Source: Thermodesulfobacteriota bacterium (GTDB taxonomy: Bacteria > Desulfobacterota > WTBG01 > JAGOGO01). Taken from it: a DNA stretch of 32,000 nt. The translations under genes were made by a program, and so were the position numbers. The stretch lies in the NCBI GenBank assembly GCA_026625185.1, contig CP113000.1:915622-947621 (forward strand), read 5' to 3'. The notes under the pieces are model-generated. The model was not told where the DNA came from. It made no database searches and was given only the letters and a program-made list of their open reading frames with translations. This document shows, piece by piece, positions 24,240 to 32,000 of this stretch (positions are counted from its first letter, which is position 1; each line of letters begins with the position of its first letter).

Positions 24240-25574
24240 ATGGCTTCCCAAATCCTAAAAGTCTCTGAACTTACACAGCAAATCAAACATCTCCTGGAAG
24301 AAAACTTCCCTTTTGTATGGGTTGAGGGAGAAATTTCTAATGTGACCCTCCATTCTACCGGACACCTTTTCTTTACTCTTAAAGACAAAAAAGCCCAAAT
24401 TCGGGCGATAATGTTCCGCTCCCAGGCACAGGTTCTTCCGTTTAAACCCGAGAATGGGATTCAAGTGGTTGTTCGCGGCCGGATCAATGTTTATGAGCCG
24501 CGGGGCGAATACCAGATATTGACTGATGTTATGGAACCTTTGGGCAAAGGCAGCCTCCAATTAGCCTTTGAACAAATCAAAAAAAAGCTGGCCGCAGAAG
24601 GGCTGTTTGATCCTTCCCGGAAAAAACCGCTTCCCGTTCTTCCCCAAAGGATCGGCATCATCACCTCGCCAACCGGCGCTGCTATTCAGGATATTCTTCG
24701 GATCATAAGTCAACGATTTGTAAATTTAGAAATACTTATAATTCCGGTCCGCGTCCAGGGGCCGGAAGCACCCGGGGAAATCATTCAGGCGTTAGAACGA
24801 GTAAATACTCTCGATCCGGCACTCGACGTGGTCATCGTGGGGCGAGGGGGCGGCTCCTTGGAAGACCTGTGGGCTTTTAATAATGAAGGGGTAGCGCGGG
24901 CGATTTGCTGTTGTCAGGTTCCGGTTATTTCGGCAGTGGGGCATGAAATTGATTTTACGATTTCCGATTTTGTGGCCGATGTTCGCGCGCCAACTCCATC
25001 CGCGGCCGCGGAAATGGTCGTAGCCAAAAAAGAACACCTGCTTAATGTTCTTGACGTCCTGCAATCAAGGATGGAAAAAGGAGCGCGTTATTCTTTCAAC
25101 GCCTGGAAAAGCGCTTTAAAGCTATCGCTCCAGGGCCTGGCAGATCCTCGCAAAAAGGTGGTTGACCTCATTTTGAAAAATGATGACATCACCCAAAGGC
25201 TTGTTCACGTGTCTTCCCGGACGCGCCAACAAAAACAGGACAAATGGAAACACGTGAGCCGGATATTGCTCTTTTTCTCACCCCTTGGGAAAATAAAAGT
25301 TTGGCGAGAGGAGTTATCCCGTAGAAATGAAAAATGCAGGACCTTACTGCAGTGGAAGCTCGAGCGGTATTCTGGCGCCTTAGCAAAGTCAGTGGCCCAG
25401 CTCGACGCTGCCAGCCCGCTCAACATCCTTAAACGAGGCTACAGCATCACCCGCACCTGGCCAGAAAAAGAGATTGTTCGTGATGCGAGTACCCTTACCC
25501 TCCAACAAACTCTCAACGTAAAAGTCTCTCAGGGAGAAGTTTTCTGCAAGGTTGAAGAGATTAAAAAGGACTGA
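24240..25574 (+). CDS. xseA: Exodeoxyribonuclease VII large subunit
   Basis: 444 aa: VSELTQQIKHLLEENFPFVWVEGEISN...GHLFFTLKD (OB fold), IGIITSPTGAAIQDIL, IVGRGGGSLEDLWAFNNE, PVISAVGHEIDFTISDFVADVRAPTPSAAAE. Confidence 0.95.
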   Translation: MASQILKVSELTQQIKHLLEENFPFVWVEGEISNVTLHSTGHLFFTLKDKKAQIRAIMFRSQAQVLPFKPENGIQVVVRGRINVYEPRGEYQILTDVMEPLGKGSLQLAFEQIKKKLAAEGLFDPSRKKPLPVLPQRIGIITSPTGAAIQDILRIISQRFVNLEILIIPVRVQGPEAPGEIIQALERVNTLDPALDVVIVGRGGGSLEDLWAFNNEGVARAICCCQVPVISAVGHEIDFTISDFVADVRAPTPSAAAEMVVAKKEHLLNVLDVLQSRMEKGARYSFNAWKSALKLSLQGLADPRKKVVDLILKNDDITQRLVHVSSRTRQQKQDKWKHVSRILLFFSPLGKIKVWREELSRRNEKCRTLLQWKLERYSGALAKSVAQLDAASPLNILKRGYSITRTWPEKEIVRDASTLTLQQTLNVKVSQGEVFCKVEEIKKD

Positions 25575-25613
25575 TTGTAAGTTTTTTTAACGCCCGTAAA
25601 AATAAAAAATGCT

Positions 25614-25853
25614 TTGTCGCTATCTTTCCTCATTATTGAGCAGTCTGGATTTAAACCCAACAGAGAAAAAACCATATATGCGACTAAAAGCGAAGCCCAA
25701 TCGGTTACAGGTCATCTTGTCAACGTCAAACCGAGTATTAAAAAATCAGAAAAAAGAAAACTCAGGGCATTGTTATATAAATGCAAGACGCAAGGCCAGC
25801 AGGAATGTACTAACGAGCAACCTAGCCCGGATGCAGCGAAACGAAATCCGTGA
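25614..25853 (+). pseudogene. C-terminal fragment of a retron/Abi-type reverse transcriptase
   Basis: The TTG-initiated ORF reads ...IIEQSGFKPNREKTIYATKSEAQSVTGHLVNVKPSIKKSEKRKLRALLYKCKTQG. The GF.xN..KT...(Q)xVTG(x)xVN......R.LRA pattern is the region after the YxDD motif in retron-type RTs. The fingers, palm and YxDD are all missing, and homology begins ~40 nt after the xseA stop. Confidence 0.55.
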
Positions 25854-25899
25854 TGATTCAGGGTAGTACTCAGCGGGCGCAGAAGAATTTGGGAAAAAT

Positions 25900-26205
25900 T
25901 TAAGCGGCTCTCGTTTTTATATGAGGCTCTATTTTTGCCCAAGTTGTGCGTTTGGCAATCCGCAAGTCATAATCCGTTTGCAGATTTAACCAGGTATCAG
26001 GGGATACCCCGAAATATTTTCCAAGACGCAGTGCAGTGTCAGCGGTAATAGCCCGCTTGCCATTGACAATCTCACTCACCCGCCCCGGCGGTACGTCAAT
26101 ATCTTTAGCAAGCTGATTCATACTCAAACCCAATGGCTTCATGAATTCTTCAAACAGAATTTCGCCAGGGGAAATTACATCCAGCAAATTAGGTTTTTTA
26201 GGCAT
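25900..26205 (-). CDS. higA: HigA-family antitoxin (XRE HTH)
   Basis: 101 aa: SPGEILFEEFMKPLGLSMNQLAKDIDVPPGRVSEIVNGKRAITADTALRLGKYFGVSPDTWLNLQTDYDL. Confidence 0.9.
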   Translation of the reverse strand: MPKKPNLLDVISPGEILFEEFMKPLGLSMNQLAKDIDVPPGRVSEIVNGKRAITADTALRLGKYFGVSPDTWLNLQTDYDLRIAKRTTWAKIEPHIKTRAA

Positions 26206-26215
26206 ATAAGGCTCT

Positions 26216-26360
26216 TTAGTGGTAATCTGTTATTTCCACATCAAAGGCGTTTTCGTCCTTCCACGTAAAACAGTCGAAAATCAAACGGCACAGTAAAAAG
26301 CTTCAGATGCAAGGCGCGCAAATCCGACAGAATGCGGCGTACTTTTCCTGACCGCCGCAA
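26216..26360 (-). pseudogene. higB: higB (RelE-fold killer protein) pseudogene: frameshifted and internally deleted
   Basis: The frame ending at TAA 26218-26216, 10 nt before the higA ATG, reads SFLLCRLIFDCFTWKDENAFDVEITDYH* and is preceded by TGA at 26305-26303. Another frame gives VRRILSDLRALHLKLFTVPFDFRLF. Together they resemble ...RRxL..L.....LH.LKG....FS.RI....R.CFRW.D..A.DVEI.DYH. There is no start codon and no intact frame. Confidence 0.6.
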
Positions 26361-26408
26361 TCACTGAGGATGCAACGCAACGCCGCAGATGAATTTTTTA
26401 CGAAGCCG

Positions 26409-27701
26409 TTAATGTTTAAACGCCCGCTGCCCCGTAAACACCATCGAAACCTGCGGATTGGCTTCGTTGCAGGCTTCGATTGACTCAAAATCTCGGTCCG
26501 AACCTCCGGGGTGAACAATGCCGGCAACGCCTTCTTTTATTCCCACATCCACGCCATCGCGGAACGGGAAAAATGCATCCGAGATCATCACCGAGCCGAT
26601 CAAACCTCCTTTGTCCTTTTTTACTTTTTCATCAATCCCCGCCTTGAGGTCTGAAGAACGTTTTCCCTGAGCAATATCCATTTCCAGCGTCTTATAAGGG
26701 ATGCCGTGTTCTTTGAAGCAGAGCGCATCCGCGTATTTCGTATACGCCTTAAGCACCGCAATTTCAGCTACCCCCACCCGATCCTGCTCACCGGTTCCGA
26801 TCCCCACCGTAACTCCATTTTTAACAAACAATACCGAATTCGAGGTCACTCCCTGCTCCACGCTCCAGCCAAAAAGAAAATCCTCGTATTCCTTTTCCGT
26901 GGGCGTCCTTGTGATGCTATATTCTTTGCCTTTAAAAACCGCTTTGGCCGGCTTAAAATCTTCTTGGCGCAAAATCGCGTTGAGCGGAGACTGCTGGACA
27001 ATAATCCCTCCATCGATGAGGCACTTAAAATCAACGTACCGGAGCCGGCAATAGTCTTCCAGCTTGTCCATACGGTTGACTTTAATGATTCGGAGATTTT
27101 TTCGACGCTTGAGAATCTCCAAAGCGCCTTCTTCAAAGTCAGGAGCAGCCACCACCTCTAAATAATTTTGACTGATTAATTCAGCGGTCGTCTTATCTAC
27201 TGACCGGTTAAGCGCCAGCCCTCCTCCAAAAGCCGCAATTCTATCCGCCATATTTGCCCGATCGTAGGCCTCGGCAAGAGACGCTCCGTAAGCAACACCA
27301 GAGGGGTTGTTGTGCTTCATGATCGCCGCAGCCGGTTTTTTAGTAAGAAACTTTAAGATATTGAGGGCATTATCAATATCAGTAAAATTGGTTTTACCGG
27401 GGTGTTTTCCCGATTGCAGCATCGCGTCTTCATCAATCCCGCTCACTAAACTTAAACCCGGCGCAATAAACGTGCAGTTCCCAAGCGTCAAATTCCCATT
27501 TATTAATTCATACAACGCTGCTTCCTGACCGGGATTTTCGCCGTAACGAAGGCCTTTTTCAATTACCCCGCCCATGTCTTCATCAAAAATTTTCCAGGCT
27601 CGCTTTCGATAGATTAAAGTTTGATCTCCAAAAGATATCTTCATCTCTTCGGGAAAATGGTCGTCCATAATGGTTCGGTACATTTTTTTTATATCCTGCA
27701 T
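26409..27701 (-). CDS. AICAR formyltransferase-domain protein (PurH-like, lacking the N-terminal MGS/IMP-cyclohydrolase domain)
   Basis: The ORF track starts at 27794. ATG 27701 (MQDIKKMY...) has GGAGGA 8 nt upstream. Contains LRYGENPGQEAALY, MKHNNPSGVA, AFGGGLALN, EVVAAPDFEEGALEILKRRKNLRII, GIGTGEQDRVG, SDAFFPFRDG, IVHPGGSDRD, FTGQRAFKH. Confidence 0.85.
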   Translation of the reverse strand: MQDIKKMYRTIMDDHFPEEMKISFGDQTLIYRKRAWKIFDEDMGGVIEKGLRYGENPGQEAALYELINGNLTLGNCTFIAPGLSLVSGIDEDAMLQSGKHPGKTNFTDIDNALNILKFLTKKPAAAIMKHNNPSGVAYGASLAEAYDRANMADRIAAFGGGLALNRSVDKTTAELISQNYLEVVAAPDFEEGALEILKRRKNLRIIKVNRMDKLEDYCRLRYVDFKCLIDGGIIVQQSPLNAILRQEDFKPAKAVFKGKEYSITRTPTEKEYEDFLFGWSVEQGVTSNSVLFVKNGVTVGIGTGEQDRVGVAEIAVLKAYTKYADALCFKEHGIPYKTLEMDIAQGKRSSDLKAGIDEKVKKDKGGLIGSVMISDAFFPFRDGVDVGIKEGVAGIVHPGGSDRDFESIEACNEANPQVSMVFTGQRAFKH

Positions 27702-27952
27702 AGTAAGATCCTCCGTTTTTAAATCAGATTTCATCATTAGTTTTTTTTCCGGTCTGCCCGCATTTTTTCTTCTCTCCCGTGACCAAAAAATCAATGGACT
27801 TTTATAATTCCCCCCGTATAATAAAGAAAGAAGAAAAAATCCTCATTCTCCAAATTATTTAATAATTTCAGCAGAGTTATCAGGGTCTTTTCCGGTGAGG
27901 GATTTATTATAGTGTAAAAGGGATCAGGTTTTCAACCTAAAAGGAATTATCA

Positions 27953-28210
27953 GTGAAAAAAAGTCAAACCTTTGAGGAGGCGATCAAGCGGCTCGAAGAA
28001 ATTGTCGGCGAGCTTGAAAAAGGGGAAGTTCCGTTGGATAAAACTCTTTCTTTGTTTGAAGAAGGAGTTAAGCTTTCTCGTTTTTGCCGGGAAAAACTTG
28101 ATGAGGCGGAAAAAAGAATAGATATCCTCCTTAAGGATGAAGGAGGTATTTTCCGTCGTGAACCATTTCCTTTCCAACCAGAGGATAATTCCAACCAGGA
28201 AGATCTTTAA
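27953..28210 (+). CDS. xseB: Exodeoxyribonuclease VII small subunit
   Basis: 85 aa with a GTG start and aaagga SD: FEEAIKRLEEIVGELEKGEVPLDKTLSLFEEGVKLSRFCREKLDEAEKRI. Confidence 0.9.
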   Translation: MKKSQTFEEAIKRLEEIVGELEKGEVPLDKTLSLFEEGVKLSRFCREKLDEAEKRIDILLKDEGGIFRREPFPFQPEDNSNQEDL

Positions 28211-28258
28211 ACCGCCCTTTTTAAACAGTGTCTTTTTTCAGGAACAAAGGATTAATCA

Positions 28259-29149
28259 ATGGATGTGGAAAGTTTTTTAAAGGAGCGAAAAATTTTAATT
28301 GATGCCGAGTTGGAAAAAATTCTTCCTCCTGAAGATACCTTCCCAGCCAGCATTCATATGGCCTTGCGACATAGCGTGATAGACGGAGGAAAAAGAATTC
28401 GTCCTATCTTAACTCTGGTTGTTAACGAATTAGTGGGAGGGAATTATCAAACGCTTATCCCTTTTGCCTGCGGGATTGAATTAATTCACGCCTACTCGTT
28501 AATCCATGATGATCTTCCGGCAATGGACAACAGTGACTTCCGTCGCGGAAAACCTTCTTGTCATAAAGCCTTTGGGGAAACAATCGCTCTTTTAGCGGGA
28601 GATGCGTTGCTCACCCTTGCCTTCCAGGTGATGACCGATCCGGTGCTTTATGAAACCCACCATCCGCTCAGTATTGTAAAAGCTATTCATGTCATTGCGC
28701 AAGCCGCGGGATTACAAGGCATGGTCACCGGACAAACCCTTGACATCGAGACCCAGGGAAAAGTTTTTGACCTTCCTCTGTTGGAATATATTCATACCCA
28801 TAAAACCGGGGCGTTGATCCTGGCGGCAGTCAAAGCTGGCGCCATCCTGGGTGAGGCCGGAGAAGATGCGCTTGAAGCATTTACCAATTACGGAAAAACG
28901 ATCGGGTTAGCCTTTCAAATAACTGATGATGTGCTGGATGTGATGGGTTCAACTCAAACATTAGGAAAGGAGACGGGATTAGATAGCATGCAGGGGAAAG
29001 CTACTTATCCCGGTCTTTTAGGATTAAAAGAATCACAAAAACGGATAAGAGAACTAACCCAGCATGCGGAACAGGCGTTGTCTCAGTTTGGCCGTAAAGC
29101 TGAACCGTTGAAGCAGATCGCCCGTTACCTTGCAGAACGCACAAAATAA
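28259..29149 (+). CDS. ispA: (E,E)-farnesyl/geranylgeranyl diphosphate synthase
   Basis: 296 aa. First Asp-rich motif LIHDDLPAMDNSDFRRGKPSCH, second FQITDDVLD, plus GKRIRP. Confidence 0.93.
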   Translation: MDVESFLKERKILIDAELEKILPPEDTFPASIHMALRHSVIDGGKRIRPILTLVVNELVGGNYQTLIPFACGIELIHAYSLIHDDLPAMDNSDFRRGKPSCHKAFGETIALLAGDALLTLAFQVMTDPVLYETHHPLSIVKAIHVIAQAAGLQGMVTGQTLDIETQGKVFDLPLLEYIHTHKTGALILAAVKAGAILGEAGEDALEAFTNYGKTIGLAFQITDDVLDVMGSTQTLGKETGLDSMQGKATYPGLLGLKESQKRIRELTQHAEQALSQFGRKAEPLKQIARYLAERTK

Positions 29150-29173
29150 AATCAGTAACCCTACCTGTGGGGA

Positions 29174-31117
29174 ATGAAGGAGAATCTATTTAAAGATAAC
29201 AGCGTGATTATGGAAAAACAACCAACACCAGATAATCTTCAGGGCCCCTTATTGGAGCAGATTGAAAGCCCGGCGGATTTAAAAAAGCTTCCCGCCGAGA
29301 GCTTGCCTCGCTTAGCCCAAGAAATCAGGGAAAAAATTATTGATACGGTTTCCAAAACCGGAGGCCATTTATCTCCTAACCTTGGGGTGGTGGAATTGAC
29401 CATCGCTCTCCATTATGTCTTTGACTCTCCGCACGACAAAATCATTTGGGATGTGGGGCATCAATGTTATACGCATAAATTACTTACCGGTCGTCGCGAT
29501 CAGTTTCAGACCTTGCGTCAATTTAAAGGGATAAGCGGGTTCCCTTCCCGTTTGGAAAGCCCGCATGATATCTTTGATGTCGGGCACAGCGGGACATCCA
29601 TTTCAACCGCCTTAGGATTGACCGAATCACAAAAACAAAAGGGAGAGCACGATAACATTATCGTGGTTATCGGGGATGGTTCCATCAACACCGGCCTTGC
29701 ATTTGAGGGATTAAACCAAACCGGAGATTTAGAAAGCAAGTTGATCGTGGTTCTCAATGACAATGAAATGTCTATTTCCCCTAATGTGGGAGCATTATCC
29801 GCCTACCTGTCTCGAATTATTACCGGTAAAGCTTACAATAGAGTTCACACCGAACTCATGCATTTTCTCAAGACGATTCCGAGTATCGGGCCCACACTTT
29901 TTCGCACCGTAAAACAGGCGGAAGAATCATTCAAGGGATTAATCGTTCCCGGTCTTTTGTTTGAGGAATTGGGTTTTACCTATGTGGGGCCCATTCAAGG
30001 TCATAATTTTCGTCAGCTTCTCGAAAATCTTAAGAACATCAAAAATCTTTCTCGACGACCTCTTCTGCTCCACGTGATAACGAAAAAAGGCAAAGGGTAT
30101 CTTCCCGCCGAACAAGATCCGGAGAACTTCCATGGCATTGGACCCTTTGATAAAGCAACCGGTAATCCCCATAAAGCAAACAATGCTCACAAGTCTTATA
30201 CCGAAGTTTTTTGCGAGACCCTGAATGAGCTTGCGGTGATTGATAATCGCATCATCGCGATAACCGCGGGAATGACCACCGGTACCGGACTGGTTGATTT
30301 CAAAAAACTCTTTCCCCAAAGGTTTTATGATGTGGGGATCGCTGAAGAACATGCGGTTGCCTTTGCCGCCGGACTTGCTACCGGAGGGTTTCGACCGGTC
30401 GTAGCGATTTATTCTACCTTTCTTCAAAGGGCGTACGATCAAATGCTCCATGATGTCTGTTGGCCAAACCTCCCGGTACTCTTTGCTATTGATCGGGCGG
30501 GAATTGTCGGCGAAGATGGCCCTACCCACCAGGGTTTATTTGACCTTTCCTACCTAAGGCATCTTCCTAATTTAGTCGTTATGACCCCCAAAGATGAAAA
30601 TGAGTTTCGACACATGCTTTATACTGCCATGACATTAGCGGTGCCGGTAGCAATACGCTATCCCCGCGGAAAAGTTGAAGGTGTGAACATAGAAAAACCG
30701 ATAAAGACGCTCCCTTTAGGAAAGGCCGAGGTACTGTGCGAGGGTTCAAAGTTAGCGATTTTTGCCCTTGGTAAAACAGTCTCTCCGGCTTTGTCAGCTG
30801 CCACGCTTCTTAAAAATAGAGGTATCTCTGCTACCATTGTAAACAGCCGGTTTGTTAAGCCGCTGGACCAGGAATTGGTCTGCGCGTTAGCCCGGAAAAC
30901 GGGAAAAATCCTTACGGTGGAAGAAAATGTGCTTGCCGGAGGTTTCGGAAGCGCTCTCTTGGAAACCTTGGAGCACAATAATATTACGGGGGTTAAAGTA
31001 AAAAGGATAGGGATTTCTGACCAATTCGTTGAACATGGATCGCCCGATATTCTTCGTAAAAAATACGGCCTTGATGCGGCGGGAATTTTTCAGGCTGCGT
31101 GTGAACTGCTGGAATAA
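29174..31117 (+). CDS. dxs: 1-deoxy-D-xylulose-5-phosphate synthase
   Basis: 647 aa: GGHLSPNLGVVELTIALHYVFDSPHDKIIWDVGHQCYTHKLLTGR, VIGDGSINTGLAFEGLN, NDNEMSIS, DVGIAEEHAV, AIDRAGIVGEDGPTHQG. ATG 29210 is a possible alternative start. Confidence 0.95.
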   Translation: MKENLFKDNSVIMEKQPTPDNLQGPLLEQIESPADLKKLPAESLPRLAQEIREKIIDTVSKTGGHLSPNLGVVELTIALHYVFDSPHDKIIWDVGHQCYTHKLLTGRRDQFQTLRQFKGISGFPSRLESPHDIFDVGHSGTSISTALGLTESQKQKGEHDNIIVVIGDGSINTGLAFEGLNQTGDLESKLIVVLNDNEMSISPNVGALSAYLSRIITGKAYNRVHTELMHFLKTIPSIGPTLFRTVKQAEESFKGLIVPGLLFEELGFTYVGPIQGHNFRQLLENLKNIKNLSRRPLLLHVITKKGKGYLPAEQDPENFHGIGPFDKATGNPHKANNAHKSYTEVFCETLNELAVIDNRIIAITAGMTTGTGLVDFKKLFPQRFYDVGIAEEHAVAFAAGLATGGFRPVVAIYSTFLQRAYDQMLHDVCWPNLPVLFAIDRAGIVGEDGPTHQGLFDLSYLRHLPNLVVMTPKDENEFRHMLYTAMTLAVPVAIRYPRGKVEGVNIEKPIKTLPLGKAEVLCEGSKLAIFALGKTVSPALSAATLLKNRGISATIVNSRFVKPLDQELVCALARKTGKILTVEENVLAGGFGSALLETLEHNNITGVKVKRIGISDQFVEHGSPDILRKKYGLDAAGIFQAACELLE

Positions 31118-31150
31118 AAAATGAATGCGCTGGCGGAAACACTTCAATTT

Positions 31151-31313
31151 CACCCTCACCCAGACCCTCTCCCTCAAGGGAGAGGGGGGATTTTAGTTGG
31201 TTCCTCTCCTCAAGTAAGAGGGAAATTCTGATTATTTCCTCTCCCTTGAGGGTAGAGTCTTTCGCCTTTACCTTCCTCTCACCCCGACGGGGAGAGGATT
31301 GAGGTGAGGGGTG
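31151..31313. repeat. REP/BIME-like cluster of CCTCTCCC-type hairpins bounded by an imperfect outer inverted repeat
   Basis: Hairpin 1: CCCTCTCCC-tcaa-GGGAGAGGG (31165-86). Degenerate copies lie at 31203-21 and 31239-57. Hairpin 4: TCCTCTCaCCC-cgac-GGGGAGAGGA (31274-98). Outer arms: CACCCTCACC (31151-60) and GGTGAGGGGTG (31303-13). Confidence 0.7.
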
Positions 31314-31350
31314 TCATATTTATTCAACTGTTTAACGTGCTCCATACCCT

Positions 31351-32000
31351 ATGAGGTCACCCAAAGAAAGAATTGATAAGCTCTTGGTAGATCGAAATCT
31401 GGTTCAAAGCCGGGAAAGAGCGAAAGCGCTTATTATCGCCGGCAAGGTCTTTGTCGACGGCCACAAGACCGAGAAAGCGGGAACCCTGGTTGACCCTGGG
31501 GCCCACGTAGTTTTAAAGGAAAAAGATTTCCCTTACGTGAGTCGAGGAGGTGTAAAGCTGGAATACGCGTTGGATAGTTTTCAGCTTGACGTTAAAAACC
31601 GGATTGCCTTGGATGTAGGGGCTTCCACGGGCGGTTTTACCCATTGTCTTCTTTTGCGAGGAGCGCAAAAGGTTTATGCTGTTGATGTGGGATACGGTCA
31701 GTTAGATTGGACGTTACGGAACGACCCCCGGGTGGTTTGTATGGAAAAGACCAATATCCGTCATCTCACCGCGGACCGCATATCCGATCCGATCTCCCTG
31801 GCAGTCACTGATACCTCCTTTATCTCTTTAAAAAAGGTGCTGGTTCATATTTTCGGTTTGATAGAAAAAGAAGGAGAGGTCCTTGCTCTTATCAAGCCGC
31901 AGTTTGAATTGAGCCCGCGCGAGGTGGGAAAGGGAGGAGTAGTCCGTGATCCTCACCTTCATACGAAGGTAGTTGAAGATATGGTTGCGTTTGCGAACGG
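31351..32000 (+). CDS. tlyA: TlyA-family rRNA 2'-O-methyltransferase (S4 domain plus FtsJ-like MTase), 3' end off the window
   Basis: Open to the window edge, so not in the ORF track: MRSPKERIDKLLVDRNLVQSRERAKALIIAGKVFVDG...FPYVSRGGVKLEYALD.F...ALDVGASTGGFTHCLL..GA.KVYAVDVGYGQL. Confidence 0.9.
   Translation, partial: MRSPKERIDKLLVDRNLVQSRERAKALIIAGKVFVDGHKTEKAGTLVDPGAHVVLKEKDFPYVSRGGVKLEYALDSFQLDVKNRIALDVGASTGGFTHCLLLRGAQKVYAVDVGYGQLDWTLRNDPRVVCMEKTNIRHLTADRISDPISLAVTDTSFISLKKVLVHIFGLIEKEGEVLALIKPQFELSPREVGKGGVVRDPHLHTKVVEDMVAFAN

Noticed and set aside
27702-27850. ZTP (pfl) riboswitch in the leader of the PurH-like gene.
   Set aside because: The leader has GGTCACGGGAGAG and GCGGGCAGACC. 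The conserved GGGUCGUGACUGGCG ... CCGCCUGGGCA blocks and their pairing are not present.
30887-31177. 96-aa minus-strand ORF spanning the dxs 3' end and the REP-like cluster, and a short ATG ORF at 31121 reading through the hairpins.
   Set aside because: It is a typical spurious translation of REP-type repeats (Pro/Ser/Leu/Gly strings) and antisense to dxs.

Overview
32-kb bacterial chromosomal window. The lineage cannot be assigned without a database search; TonB, Slt70, RlpA and GspE indicate a Gram-negative-type envelope.

Most of the window is housekeeping. Plus strand: GAF-GspE ATPase, DUF2284, ABM, tonB, xseA, xseB-ispA-dxs-tlyA. Minus strand: epimerase, rlpA, rpsI-rplM, a CobB-type sirtuin, a rubrerythrin-like gene, and a zincin/yajD/cyclophilin/flavoprotein/slt run.

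RNA features: one tRNA-Leu(CAA) with its promoter and terminator, and a clear cobalamin riboswitch with a terminator expression platform in front of a lone tonB.

Accessory and decayed material:
- A 67-bp direct repeat of the tRNA-Leu 3' portion (62/67 identical) brackets a 4.9-kb segment. It carries an hsp20-hsp20-J-protein operon, an XRE regulator, a Cys-less CMD protein and an internally duplicated orphan protein.
- A tyrosine-integrase pseudogene lies just outside that repeat. Its 5' break abuts a 31-bp inverted-repeat element enclosing an internally deleted Y1 (IS200/COG1943-like) transposase mini-ORF.
- A retron-type RT tail, an intact higA and a shattered higB are wedged between xseA and xseB.
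- A REP-like hairpin cluster follows dxs.

The least explained part is the ~700-bp non-coding slt/tonB spacer upstream of the riboswitch. It holds a three-stem structured element ending in a hairpin plus T-run module that recurs at position ~1053. Next to it is a GC-rich, strongly self-complementary block carrying cobalamin-riboswitch-like sequence islands in consensus order.

I found no CRISPR array, rRNA, intact transposase or integrase, or complete recognisable defence system. All calls come from reading the sequence and ORF translations; no searches were run.
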